Shown piece by piece: positions 19,199-27,971 of a stretch of DNA of 64,000 nucleotides. A program made the translations under genes and the position numbers. Position 1 is the stretch's first letter, and each line of letters opens with the position of its first letter. This DNA comes from Deltaproteobacteria bacterium (GTDB lineage: Bacteria > Desulfobacterota > Binatia > Binatales > Binataceae). The stretch lies in assembly GCA_003135135.1 (NCBI GenBank), contig PLDK01000003.1:1492-65491 (forward strand), given 5' to 3'. The notes beneath the pieces are model-generated. The model ran no database searches, was not told where the DNA came from, and saw only the letters and a program-made list of their open reading frames with translations.

Positions 19199-21591
19199 AG
19201 CAGCCGCTCCGCATCCTGATCGTCGAGGACTCGCCGGACGATGCCGAGCTCGAGGTGCGGGCACTCCGGCGCGATGGCTGCGAGGTGACCTACCAGCGAG
19301 TGGATACGCCGGAAGCGATGCTGGCGGCGCTTGAAGGCGGCGGCTGGGATATGGTCATCGCCGACTACTCGATGCCTCACTTCAACGGGCTCGCCGCATT
19401 GAAGATGCTGCGCGACAGGGGACTCGACCTGCCGTTTGTCCTGGTCTCGGGGACGGTGGGCGAGGAGGTGGCCGTCGAGGCCATGAAGTGCGGCGCGGAT
19501 GACTACGTTTTAAAGACCAACCTGGCGCGGCTGCCGCTCGCCGTCGAGCGCGAGCTGCGCGACTATGAAGAGCGTATCGGGCGTAAGCGTGCGGAGGTCC
19601 GCTACCGCAGTCTCGTCGATCGCGTGCCGGTCGGATTGTACAGAATTTCTACCGAAGGAAATATTCTCGAGGCCAATCCGGCGATGGTCGAGATGCTGGG
19701 ATTCAAAGACGCCGAAAGTCTCAAACGCGCCAACATCGCGCAGCTGTGGCTGGACGCGGGGGAGCGCGCCCGGCTCGAGGCTATCATCGCAAAAGAAGGA
19801 GTGGTTCAGAACTTCGAAATGGGGATACGCCGGCCCGACGGCGGCGTCATCTGGTGCGAGCAGAGTGCGCGCGCTGTTTACGACGCAGCCGGCAAGGTCG
19901 AGCACTACGAGGGGGTGATGCTGGATACCACCAGCCGCAAGCGCGCCGGGGAAGAGGCCAATCGCGCGCGCGATGGAGTGCGTGACCTTGCGCTGGAAGC
20001 GGCCCGTCTGCGCTCGGAGTTCCTGGCCAGCATGAGCCACGAGATTCGGACCCCACTAGCCGGAATCATCGGGGCCGGAGAGCTGCTGTCGCTTTCCGAT
20101 TTGACTCCCGAGCAGCGCCGCCAAACTGAAATCATTCGGTCAAGCGGCGAGCTGCTGCTGACCACCGTCAACGACATACTCGACTTCTCGAAACTCGCAG
20201 CCGGCCGGGTCGTGCTGGAGAAACTTGACTTCGACCTTGTCGAACTGACGGAAAGTCTAATCGATTCTTTTGCAGTGGCTGCTCGCGGCAAAGGGATCGA
20301 GCTTGCTCTGTATGTGGACGTAAACATGCCAAGCGGTTTGCGAGGCGATCCGAGCAGGCTGCGCCAGATTCTCAACAACCTGGTGTCGAATGCGATCAAG
20401 TTCACCCACCAGGGAGAGGTGATGGTCCGCGCCAACAGAGTGGAAGACACGGCCGACGATGTGCTGGTGCGCTTCGAGGTGGCCGACACGGGAATTGGAA
20501 TTCCATTCGAGGCGCAGGGGCGCCTGTTTCAGCCGTTTGTTCAGGGGGAAAGCTCGACGAGCCGGCGCTTCGGCGGCACCGGACTCGGCCTCGTCATCGC
20601 GGCCAGGCTGACCGATCAAATGGGCGGCAAGATAGGATTTGAAAGCGCGCCCGGAAAAGGATCTAACTTTCATTTCACCGCGCGACTCGAGAAGGGATTG
20701 GAGATTGTTCGTCCGTGGATGACTGCGACAGCCACCTCATGCTTCAACGGGATACGCGCGCTGATCGTCAACGACAGTCCATCCAGTCGTCAAATCCTTT
20801 CCGAATACCTATCGTCGTGGGGAATTGAGAACGCGGCGGTCGGCAGCGGAGCCGAGGCCCTGGATATTTTGAAGCTGGCGCGGGCCGCTGACGAGAAGCA
20901 AATCGTTGCGCTGATCGATGAACAGATATCCGGCCTGAGCGCGCTCGGCCTCGCGCGTGCAATCAAGGAGCGCGCCGATATCAAACATAGCAAGGTGATC
21001 ATGCTTAGCGCGCAACGCGCTGTGCGCAATGCGACCGAAGTGGTGGATGCATGGATTACAAAGCCGGTGCGTCCGTCGCACTTGTTCAGCTGTCTCCTCG
21101 AGTTATGCAGAAATGCCGATGGCGTCAGCACCAGGACCATCGCGGCCCCGCCGCCGAGCCCGATTGACAACGTACCGCCGCAATGGCGCAAGGCGGTACG
21201 GGTGCTGTTGGTGGACGACAATCTGGTGAATCGAACCATCGGGGCGCAGCAGCTTTCCGTCCTCGGCTACACGGCGGAAATCGTCGATGGGGCGCGGCGA
21301 GGGTTGGAGTTCGTATCGTCCCGGCGCCCCGATATTGTCTTGATGGACTGCGAGATGCCCGAGATGGACGGCTACCAGGCGGTCGCGGAGATTAGGCGAC
21401 GCGAAGGAAATACTCGGCACACCGTGGTAGTCGCTCTTACTGCTCATGCGACGGAAGGCGATCGCGCCCGATGCCTCGACGCCGGGATGGACGATTATCT
21501 GAGCAAACCCGTAAAGCTGCAGTCGCTTGCAAAAATGCTGGACATCTGGGCAAGCGGCAAGCTCGACCACATCCTCCCTTCGGAGCAGTAG
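19195..21591 (+). CDS. Hybrid sensor histidine kinase: REC-PAS-HisKA-HATPase-REC(-like)-REC
   Basis: N-terminal receiver (ILIVEDSPDD), a PAS region, the H-box SHEIRTPL, an HATPase G-box (GGTGLGL), and two C-terminal receiver domains (the last with VLLVDDNLVNR ... DCEMPEMDG). The probable GTG start overlaps the upstream stop; the ORF track start is 19147. Confidence 0.9.
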   Translation: MKQPLRILIVEDSPDDAELEVRALRRDGCEVTYQRVDTPEAMLAALEGGGWDMVIADYSMPHFNGLAALKMLRDRGLDLPFVLVSGTVGEEVAVEAMKCGADDYVLKTNLARLPLAVERELRDYEERIGRKRAEVRYRSLVDRVPVGLYRISTEGNILEANPAMVEMLGFKDAESLKRANIAQLWLDAGERARLEAIIAKEGVVQNFEMGIRRPDGGVIWCEQSARAVYDAAGKVEHYEGVMLDTTSRKRAGEEANRARDGVRDLALEAARLRSEFLASMSHEIRTPLAGIIGAGELLSLSDLTPEQRRQTEIIRSSGELLLTTVNDILDFSKLAAGRVVLEKLDFDLVELTESLIDSFAVAARGKGIELALYVDVNMPSGLRGDPSRLRQILNNLVSNAIKFTHQGEVMVRANRVEDTADDVLVRFEVADTGIGIPFEAQGRLFQPFVQGESSTSRRFGGTGLGLVIAARLTDQMGGKIGFESAPGKGSNFHFTARLEKGLEIVRPWMTATATSCFNGIRALIVNDSPSSRQILSEYLSSWGIENAAVGSGAEALDILKLARAADEKQIVALIDEQISGLSALGLARAIKERADIKHSKVIMLSAQRAVRNATEVVDAWITKPVRPSHLFSCLLELCRNADGVSTRTIAAPPPSPIDNVPPQWRKAVRVLLVDDNLVNRTIGAQQLSVLGYTAEIVDGARRGLEFVSSRRPDIVLMDCEMPEMDGYQAVAEIRRREGNTRHTVVVALTAHATEGDRARCLDAGMDDYLSKPVKLQSLAKMLDIWASGKLDHILPSEQ

Positions 21592-21667
21592 ATGACCGGA
21601 GAATGCCTGCGAGATGCTCGATAGGCGCGATGGACGAAGCGGGTGACGGCAGATAGAAGTAGCTATC

Positions 21668-22546
21668 ATGCCGCTTGAATCATCGATCGTGGGCAGCACG
21701 GGTGCGCCAATGGTCAGCGAGATCGATTCGCGCTGGACGATGGCCTATGCCGCCGCGCTTGGCGACGCGATGCCCTGCTACATGGACACCAATCGCGCAG
21801 TGATTGCGCATCCGATGTTTCCGGTCTGCTTCGAATGGCCGGTGCAGGTCGCGATGCGCACACAGTTCGAAAAATCCTCCACGCTCACGCGCGACGAGGC
21901 GATGCGCGCCGTGCACGCGACGCATGACACTGTCCTATATCGCCCGATTCTGCCCCCCGAGCGGCTGACGACGCAGCTCACGGTCGCGGGAGTCCAGCGG
22001 CTCACGCCCGGCGCATACATGGTCACGCGCCTCGATACGATCGATGGCGCAGGCAAGCCGGTTTGCACCAGCTGGTATGGCGCGCTTTATCGCGGAGTTG
22101 AGGTCAGGGGGCCTGATATTCCGCCGACCCATCCGCCAGCGCCGATGCAACCGATCGTCGAGGAAGGCGAGCCCCGTTCGGAGTGCCGGGTCGATGTGCC
22201 GGCGGGCATGGCGCACATCTACACGGAGTGCGCGCGAATCTTCAATCCTATTCACACTGACGCATCGGTAGCGCGCGCCGCCGGGCTGCCCTCGATCATC
22301 CTGCACGGCACCGCGACGCTCGCGATCGCAGTGTCACGAATAATCGAGAGTGAAGCGGGCAACGATCCTGCGCGAATTGAAAGAGTCGCGGGCCGCTTCG
22401 GCGCGATGGTGACGATGCCCTCGACGCTGACGGTGCGGGTGCTGGGGCGCGATGACAGCCCGGACAAGGTAGCCGTCTTCTTCGAGACGTTGAGCGGCGA
22501 AGGCGGGCGCGCGATCCGCGAGGGTCTGGTCGTGTTGCGCGCGTAG
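21668..22546 (+). CDS. MaoC-like (double hot-dog) dehydratase
   Basis: Hot-dog fold motifs in the N- and C-terminal halves (HPMFPV..., NPIHTD). Confidence 0.7.
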   Translation: MPLESSIVGSTGAPMVSEIDSRWTMAYAAALGDAMPCYMDTNRAVIAHPMFPVCFEWPVQVAMRTQFEKSSTLTRDEAMRAVHATHDTVLYRPILPPERLTTQLTVAGVQRLTPGAYMVTRLDTIDGAGKPVCTSWYGALYRGVEVRGPDIPPTHPPAPMQPIVEEGEPRSECRVDVPAGMAHIYTECARIFNPIHTDASVARAAGLPSIILHGTATLAIAVSRIIESEAGNDPARIERVAGRFGAMVTMPSTLTVRVLGRDDSPDKVAVFFETLSGEGGRAIREGLVVLRA

Positions 22547-22547
22547 T

Positions 22548-23804
22548 TCACGACGAGTCCCGCTCCTCAAACTGTTCGTCGGAGGGTTTGACGGCGCGGA
22601 ACTGAATCAGCAATGCGATGTCGTAAATTGTTTTGAGCGCGCCCGCGCAAATCAGCGGCCATCCAAACGACGAATGATTCAGCATCGCGCCCGCCGGCAA
22701 TGGCGCCAGCGCCGCCGCCAGGCTGCGCGGCACATTGGTCACTGTCGCCGCGGCCGCGCGCTCCTCGGGCGGCACCACCGCCATCACATACGACTGGCGC
22801 GCGGGAACGTCCATCTGAGAGGTCGAAAAGCGCAGCAGCAGAAATGCCATCGCCAGCCCCGGGGTCGGCATCAACGCCGCGATGATCAGCATGGCGTTCG
22901 ACGGCAGATGGCTGAACACCATCGTGTTGATTCGGCCGAACCGCGCCGCAAGCGCCGACGAAATAAACTGTGAAAACGAGCTAAGCAGTCCGGCCGCGAA
23001 AAAAAACGTGCCCGCCACTTGAACTGAGAGGTTGAAGCGGCGAAACAGCCACAGCGCCAGCAGTGACTGAATTACGAATCCGCCGCCGAGCGAGTCGAGA
23101 CTGAACAGCGCCGAAAGCCGCAGCACGATTGCCCGCGACTTCGCCAGCGGCGCGGACTTGGCGGGCTGGCGCTCGACTTCGATGGCCGGGGAGAGACGCC
23201 GATAAACCGCGAACGCAATCACCGCGATGATCGAGTATGCGACGAAGCCCGACCGCAGCGCCGGCGCGAGCGCCCATCCATGGCGCGCCGCGAGTATCGC
23301 CGGCACGCCACTGGCCAGCGCGCCAAACGCACCAGCCGTCGCGCCCGCAACGTTGTACAGCGCGAACATCGCGGTCAGATCGCCAGGCTCTGCGGCCTCG
23401 GCCAACGCCGCCTGCTCGACGGGCAGAAACAGGCTGACGTCGCCGGCCGATGGATTCAGCGTGCCGACGACCGCCACCACGAACAGCAGCCAGAAGCTCT
23501 CCGTGGTGGCGAATCCTATTCCCGTCGCCAGCATCAGCGCGCACGCCGCAAGCAGGACTCGACGCCGGCCCAGCCGATCGGTGGCCAGCCCCACCCATAG
23601 CGTTAACGCCGCCGAACCCAGCAGCGTGCCAAACACGATTGCGCCGACGCGGAGCGGATTGAAGCCGATCGCGGTCAGGTAGCTTGGCAACAATATGCTG
23701 ACTGCCCCGTCGGCAAGGCCGCGCAGCGCGCGTGTCGCCAGCAGCAGCTTGGCGTCAGTCGTAGCGCTGCGCGGGAACCATCGACTGATCGGACTCACCA
23801 TCAT
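22548..23804 (-). CDS. MFS transporter (12 TM)
   Basis: Hydrophobicity pattern and an MFS loop motif (G..DR.GRR). Confidence 0.8.
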   Translation of the reverse strand: MMVSPISRWFPRSATTDAKLLLATRALRGLADGAVSILLPSYLTAIGFNPLRVGAIVFGTLLGSAALTLWVGLATDRLGRRRVLLAACALMLATGIGFATTESFWLLFVVAVVGTLNPSAGDVSLFLPVEQAALAEAAEPGDLTAMFALYNVAGATAGAFGALASGVPAILAARHGWALAPALRSGFVAYSIIAVIAFAVYRRLSPAIEVERQPAKSAPLAKSRAIVLRLSALFSLDSLGGGFVIQSLLALWLFRRFNLSVQVAGTFFFAAGLLSSFSQFISSALAARFGRINTMVFSHLPSNAMLIIAALMPTPGLAMAFLLLRFSTSQMDVPARQSYVMAVVPPEERAAAATVTNVPRSLAAALAPLPAGAMLNHSSFGWPLICAGALKTIYDIALLIQFRAVKPSDEQFEERDSS

Positions 23805-24004
23805 CTGGCCAAAACCTAACCCCTAACCCCTTCCCAATCTGGGAAGAGGAACAGTCGCATTGAGATGGTCTATAAGGCGCGCGCCGCCGAGGGAAGCCAA
23901 TAGCATAACGCTCTGTTCGCCGATCCGCTCGTTGTGGCATACTCTTGGCCTCTGCGCGTGTTTTTGAGGAGCAATCGTCCACGGCCATTCGAAGGGAAAG
24001 CTCG

Positions 24005-24289
24005 ATGCGCGTCGAAATCAGCGATGGCGTCATATGGCGGGATCTCGGCGGCGACGTGGTCATCTTGAACGTCGAAACGGGCGTCTACTTCGGCCTCGAC
24101 GGCTCGGGTGGCCAGATATGGCGCGAACTCGTCGAACACGGTTCCATTGAGAAAACCTTCGCCTCGCTAAAGCAGCAGTTCGACGTCGAACCCGATGAGC
24201 TACGCCGCGACCTCGACGCTCTCATGAATCAACTTGTCGAAAAGAGACTCGTGCATCTGATCGCCGAACCTAAAGGTCGTTTGCGATGA
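24005..24289 (+). CDS. PqqD-family RiPP recognition element (lasso peptide B1 protein)
   Basis: About 94 aa, PqqD-like (ILNVETGVYFGLDGSGGQIWRELVE... ). It lies directly upstream of the Asn-synthetase-like cyclase. The ORF extends to 23945, but the RBS-supported start is 24005. Confidence 0.8.
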   Translation: MRVEISDGVIWRDLGGDVVILNVETGVYFGLDGSGGQIWRELVEHGSIEKTFASLKQQFDVEPDELRRDLDALMNQLVEKRLVHLIAEPKGRLR

Positions 24290-24335
24290 CGCCAAGGCTG
24301 GAGGCATCGGGCCGTCACCCCGGCGCTTCGATCTA

Positions 24336-26288
24336 ATGAGCGGCATCGCGGTCCTCTATCAATGGGACGGAGCTCCAGCGGACCGCTCGACTGTCGAGCG
24401 GATGATTGATGTCATCCCGTACCGCTCGGTTGACGGCTTCGGCGTATGGGGCAACGGCCCGGTCGCGATTGGGCATGCAAAGCTCCAGACGACGCCCGAA
24501 GCTTCGGCTGAGACCAGCCCGTTCGTGGACGAAACCAGCAGGCTCGTTCTATCGATGGACGGGCGGGTGGATAACCGCGACGAACTCACGGCGGAGTTGA
24601 ATTCGCATGGTCATCGTGTTCGCACGGGCACGGACGCCGAGATCGTGCTGCGCGCCTGGCAGTGCTGGGGTACCGAGGCGCCTGCGAGAGTCATAGGCGA
24701 TTTCGCGTTCGCCTTATGGGACCCATCGAAGCGGACGCTCTTCTGTGCCCGGGATCCTTTGGGAGTAAAAAGCTTCTACTACTTCAATGGCCCAGGATTC
24801 TTTCTGTGCGCCTCGGAGCTTCATCAACTGTTCCAGGATCCAAGGGTCGTACGAAGGCCGAACGAGCCTGCTATAGCCGAGATGCTGGTGAGGCTCCCGG
24901 TAGACCGCGAGGAGACACTCTTCGAAGGTGTCAGCCGCCTCGAGCCGGCGCATTATCTGAGCGTGAGCGCGCGTGGCGTGGAACGTCGGCGCTACTACGA
25001 TCTGGACGCCTCACGGGAGATTATCTATCGGAGCGACGACGAATACTCCGATCATTTTCTCTCGCTGTTCAAGGAGGTGATGCGATGCCACCTTCGCAGC
25101 AACAAGGGAGTCGCCTCGGACCTGAGTGGCGGGCTTGATTCATCATCGATTGTCTGTTTGACAGAACAACTACGCCACGACGGCGAAGTGCAACTTCCTA
25201 GTTTTGAAAGCTTCACGGTTCCCTTCGAGACCGGACCCGCAGCCGAGACTGAGTACGTCGAAGAGGTCTTACATAAGTATCCTCATCGCCATACCTATCT
25301 TCCTCCAGGAATGGCCCCGCTCGGCCAGCTCACTGCCCAGGTTGCGCACTATCTGGACTTTCCGGATTTTCCCAACTCTGGATGCACCGATTACACGCCG
25401 ATTCTTGGCAATCGTAACGACCTGAGAGTTCGGCTGACCGGACTGGGCGGCGACGAGTGGTTTTCCGGAACATACTTAGTATATGCAGACCTGGTCAGGC
25501 AGCTTCGCATGATGGCGCTGTTGCGCAGGCTGCGGATTGATCGAAATCCACCGGTCGGATTCGCGCCCTTTCCGGGCTATGCCAGGACCCTTTGGCGGTA
25601 TGGCGTTTTGCCCCTCGTGCCCGACGGCCTTAAGTCGGCGCTCAGGCCATGGCTGCGTCGTCCGCCTGAGCTTCACCCGCTGGTCGTGCCCGCGTTCGCG
25701 GCCAGGACGAAACTTTTGGAGCGCCTGTCCACGAGGCGGCCGTTGCCCCGGAGCCGCAGCTTCGCACAGCAGGATCTGTTCAGGTACTACTTTTCCGGAT
25801 TGCTCTCGTACTCCCTTGAGATGGATGCACGGTGGACCGCGGGCTTTCGACTGGAGGCACGGCATCCTTTCCTGGACCGCCGCATACTCGAGTTTGCCTT
25901 CGCCATACCTGATAACCAACGATTCAGGCCCGGCGTCAGCAAGTTCGTGTTGCGCAATTCGATGCGTGGAATCCTGCCGGAGCGGGTACGGCTGCGGTAT
26001 GATAAGACTCACCTGACAGAGTTATACCCAATGGCGCTAATCGCGCTCGGCGGCGAGCGGCTGTTCGATCGCCTCAACGTCGTCAAAAACGGATGGGTCG
26101 ACGGAGTCGTTGTGCGCAGGCTTTACCGCTCGATGGCTGAGGCGTTTTCTCGCCGCGATCCCTCTTACGCAGAGAATGTCTTCGAACTGTGGAACATCTT
26201 TGCGCTCGAACTCTGGCTCAACGTGGTGTTTCTCGGTATCAGTGAGCCTTTCAAGCACGTGGCCGAAACCACAGAAGCGGCTTGGTGA
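24336..26288 (+). CDS. Asparagine synthetase B homologue: lasso peptide cyclase (C protein)
   Basis: N-terminal Ntn-glutaminase-like domain in which the catalytic Cys2 is replaced by Ser (MSGIA...), as in lasso cyclases, followed by an AsnB adenylation domain (SGGLDSS PP-loop). Length is 650 aa. Confidence 0.85.
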   Translation: MSGIAVLYQWDGAPADRSTVERMIDVIPYRSVDGFGVWGNGPVAIGHAKLQTTPEASAETSPFVDETSRLVLSMDGRVDNRDELTAELNSHGHRVRTGTDAEIVLRAWQCWGTEAPARVIGDFAFALWDPSKRTLFCARDPLGVKSFYYFNGPGFFLCASELHQLFQDPRVVRRPNEPAIAEMLVRLPVDREETLFEGVSRLEPAHYLSVSARGVERRRYYDLDASREIIYRSDDEYSDHFLSLFKEVMRCHLRSNKGVASDLSGGLDSSSIVCLTEQLRHDGEVQLPSFESFTVPFETGPAAETEYVEEVLHKYPHRHTYLPPGMAPLGQLTAQVAHYLDFPDFPNSGCTDYTPILGNRNDLRVRLTGLGGDEWFSGTYLVYADLVRQLRMMALLRRLRIDRNPPVGFAPFPGYARTLWRYGVLPLVPDGLKSALRPWLRRPPELHPLVVPAFAARTKLLERLSTRRPLPRSRSFAQQDLFRYYFSGLLSYSLEMDARWTAGFRLEARHPFLDRRILEFAFAIPDNQRFRPGVSKFVLRNSMRGILPERVRLRYDKTHLTELYPMALIALGGERLFDRLNVVKNGWVDGVVVRRLYRSMAEAFSRRDPSYAENVFELWNIFALELWLNVVFLGISEPFKHVAETTEAAW

Positions 26289-26364
26289 CCCTCATCGATG
26301 CGCTCTTCAAGCTGTAAACCCTGTCGCAATGCATGGCAGAGCGAACTGAAATGGAACGAGTAAA

Positions 26365-27507
26365 ATGTCTTTGATGCTGGATGAGCATCGCCTGTATCTT
26401 TCCGACCTGAACCGAACCTCATTGTTTCGACGGGCGATCAACGCCGTGGTTAAGCCGGGCGACCTCGTGCTCGACATCGGCTGCGGGACTGGGGTGCTTG
26501 GCCTGCTCGCGATGAAGGCCGGAGCCGCAAGGGTGTACCAGATTGACCAATCGCCCATGATCCAGGTCGCCGGCGACGTGGCATCTGCCAATGGTTACGG
26601 GCAAAGCACGATCGGGATTCACGAACGCTCCGGTCGTGCCAGGCTTCCCGAAAAGGCCGACGTCGTCGTTGCCGATCAGCTGAGCCACTTCGGAATTGGC
26701 GCCGGGATGCCCGAGGTATTCAACGACGCCCGCCGGCGTCTCCTCAAGCCGGGCGCCCGCGCGATCCCTCGACGCATCGAACTCTTCCTCGTCCCGGTGA
26801 ATTTTCCCGAGATGTGGGGCATCGCCGGCTTCTGGGAGAAAAGACATGCCGGGCTGAAGATGTCGCCGGCACGCAGCATTGCATTCAATACCGTTTACCC
26901 CAGCGAGAAGAGCCCGCGTCGGAGGCTGGGCAGACCCGCGCGGATGTTCAGCTTTGACCTTACGGACCTGACGCCGGAACGCTTCTCTGCCAAGGCTGCG
27001 ATCGAGGTTTCAGCGGCCGGCGTTATGCACGGTCTCAGCGGATGGTTCGTTGCCGAACTGGCGCCGGGCGTGATCATGACCAATTCGCCTTTTCGCAAAA
27101 GCCGAATCCAACGATCTGCGGTGTTTTTTCCGGTCGAGAAGCCTTTAGCGTTGAGCAAGGGGGATCGCCTGGATATCACGATGACTGCTATTACCGCGCA
27201 GAATCTCCTTAGCTGGAAGGTGGTGGTCTTCAATACTAAAGGTAGGGAAAAGGCACGATATGTTCATTCCACGCTCAATGGGATGTCGCTCATGCCTGGC
27301 GAATTGGCTAAGACCCGTCCGGACTTTGTGCCACACCTGTCGGATTGGGGCGTGGCGCGAAGGTCAGTGGTCAATCTGGCCGATGGAACACGCACACTGG
27401 CTGAAATAGAAAGGGAATTATTCCGAATTCATTCGGCTCTCTTCCCCTCATTGGCGGATGCAGCGGAATACGTCACCAAGGTTCTCATCGCCGACGCGAA
27501 CCCCTGA
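26365..27507 (+). CDS. Class I SAM-dependent methyltransferase with PRMT-like (protein arginine N-methyltransferase-like) motifs
   Basis: Motif I VLDIGCGTGVLGLLAMKAGAARVY, post-I VVVADQLSHFG (compare PRMT IIISEWMGYxL), about 380 aa with a C-terminal beta-barrel-like region. Confidence 0.7.
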   Translation: MSLMLDEHRLYLSDLNRTSLFRRAINAVVKPGDLVLDIGCGTGVLGLLAMKAGAARVYQIDQSPMIQVAGDVASANGYGQSTIGIHERSGRARLPEKADVVVADQLSHFGIGAGMPEVFNDARRRLLKPGARAIPRRIELFLVPVNFPEMWGIAGFWEKRHAGLKMSPARSIAFNTVYPSEKSPRRRLGRPARMFSFDLTDLTPERFSAKAAIEVSAAGVMHGLSGWFVAELAPGVIMTNSPFRKSRIQRSAVFFPVEKPLALSKGDRLDITMTAITAQNLLSWKVVVFNTKGREKARYVHSTLNGMSLMPGELAKTRPDFVPHLSDWGVARRSVVNLADGTRTLAEIERELFRIHSALFPSLADAAEYVTKVLIADANP

Positions 27508-27615
27508 CCGACTTGACCTTGGTCGTCGTCTTTCATAATCTGAACCCGCGTTTTCGAACCAGGTAGCGCATCCGTATCTTGACCAGCTTCGGCGAATCAG
27601 GAAGGGTTATGCTGC

Positions 27616-27642
27616 TTGTAAGAAGCGCAAGTGTGCTATATA
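27616..27642 (+). promoter_or_regulatory. Candidate sigma-70-type promoter (TTGTAA-N15-TATATA) upstream of the lasso precursor gene
   Basis: Sequence match in the AT-rich intergenic region, about 55 nt upstream of the precursor ATG. Confidence 0.35.
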
Positions 27643-27698
27643 AAGAAACGTGACGTTTTGGTGCGAGGCGAGATGCAATTGGAGTTTGGGGATTGGAG

Positions 27699-27869
27699 AT
27701 GATTAAAAAAATTAAGACAGACGCGCAGAAGCCTCGGACGCAGAGCATCAAGAAACCTTATGTCCGTCCTCACCTCGTAGAGTACGGCAACGTGGCAAAG
27801 CTCACAGCTTCAGGCGGCACGGCTGCATCTGACGGGATATCCGGGCAACGCCAAATTATGATAGGCTAG
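27699..27869 (+). CDS. Lasso peptide precursor (56 aa): MIKKIKTDAQKPRTQSIKKPYVRPHLVEYGNVAKLTA/SGGTAASDGISGQRQIMIG
   Basis: Found by manual translation; it is missing from the ORF track. GGAG RBS at 27695. The leader carries the conserved YxxPxLxxxG-x5-T-x motif (YVRPHLVEYG NVAKL T A). The predicted 19-aa core starts at Ser1 with Asp8 as the macrolactam acceptor. Confidence 0.75.
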   Translation: MIKKIKTDAQKPRTQSIKKPYVRPHLVEYGNVAKLTASGGTAASDGISGQRQIMIG

Positions 27870-27971
27870 CAGACCATCGGACTCCCCACCGAGGTTCTTG
27901 CGAGCTGATTCGCGTGGTCAAAATTACAGCCGGCTGCTACGCTTGGGGAAGAGACCGGGTACAATCCGTCG

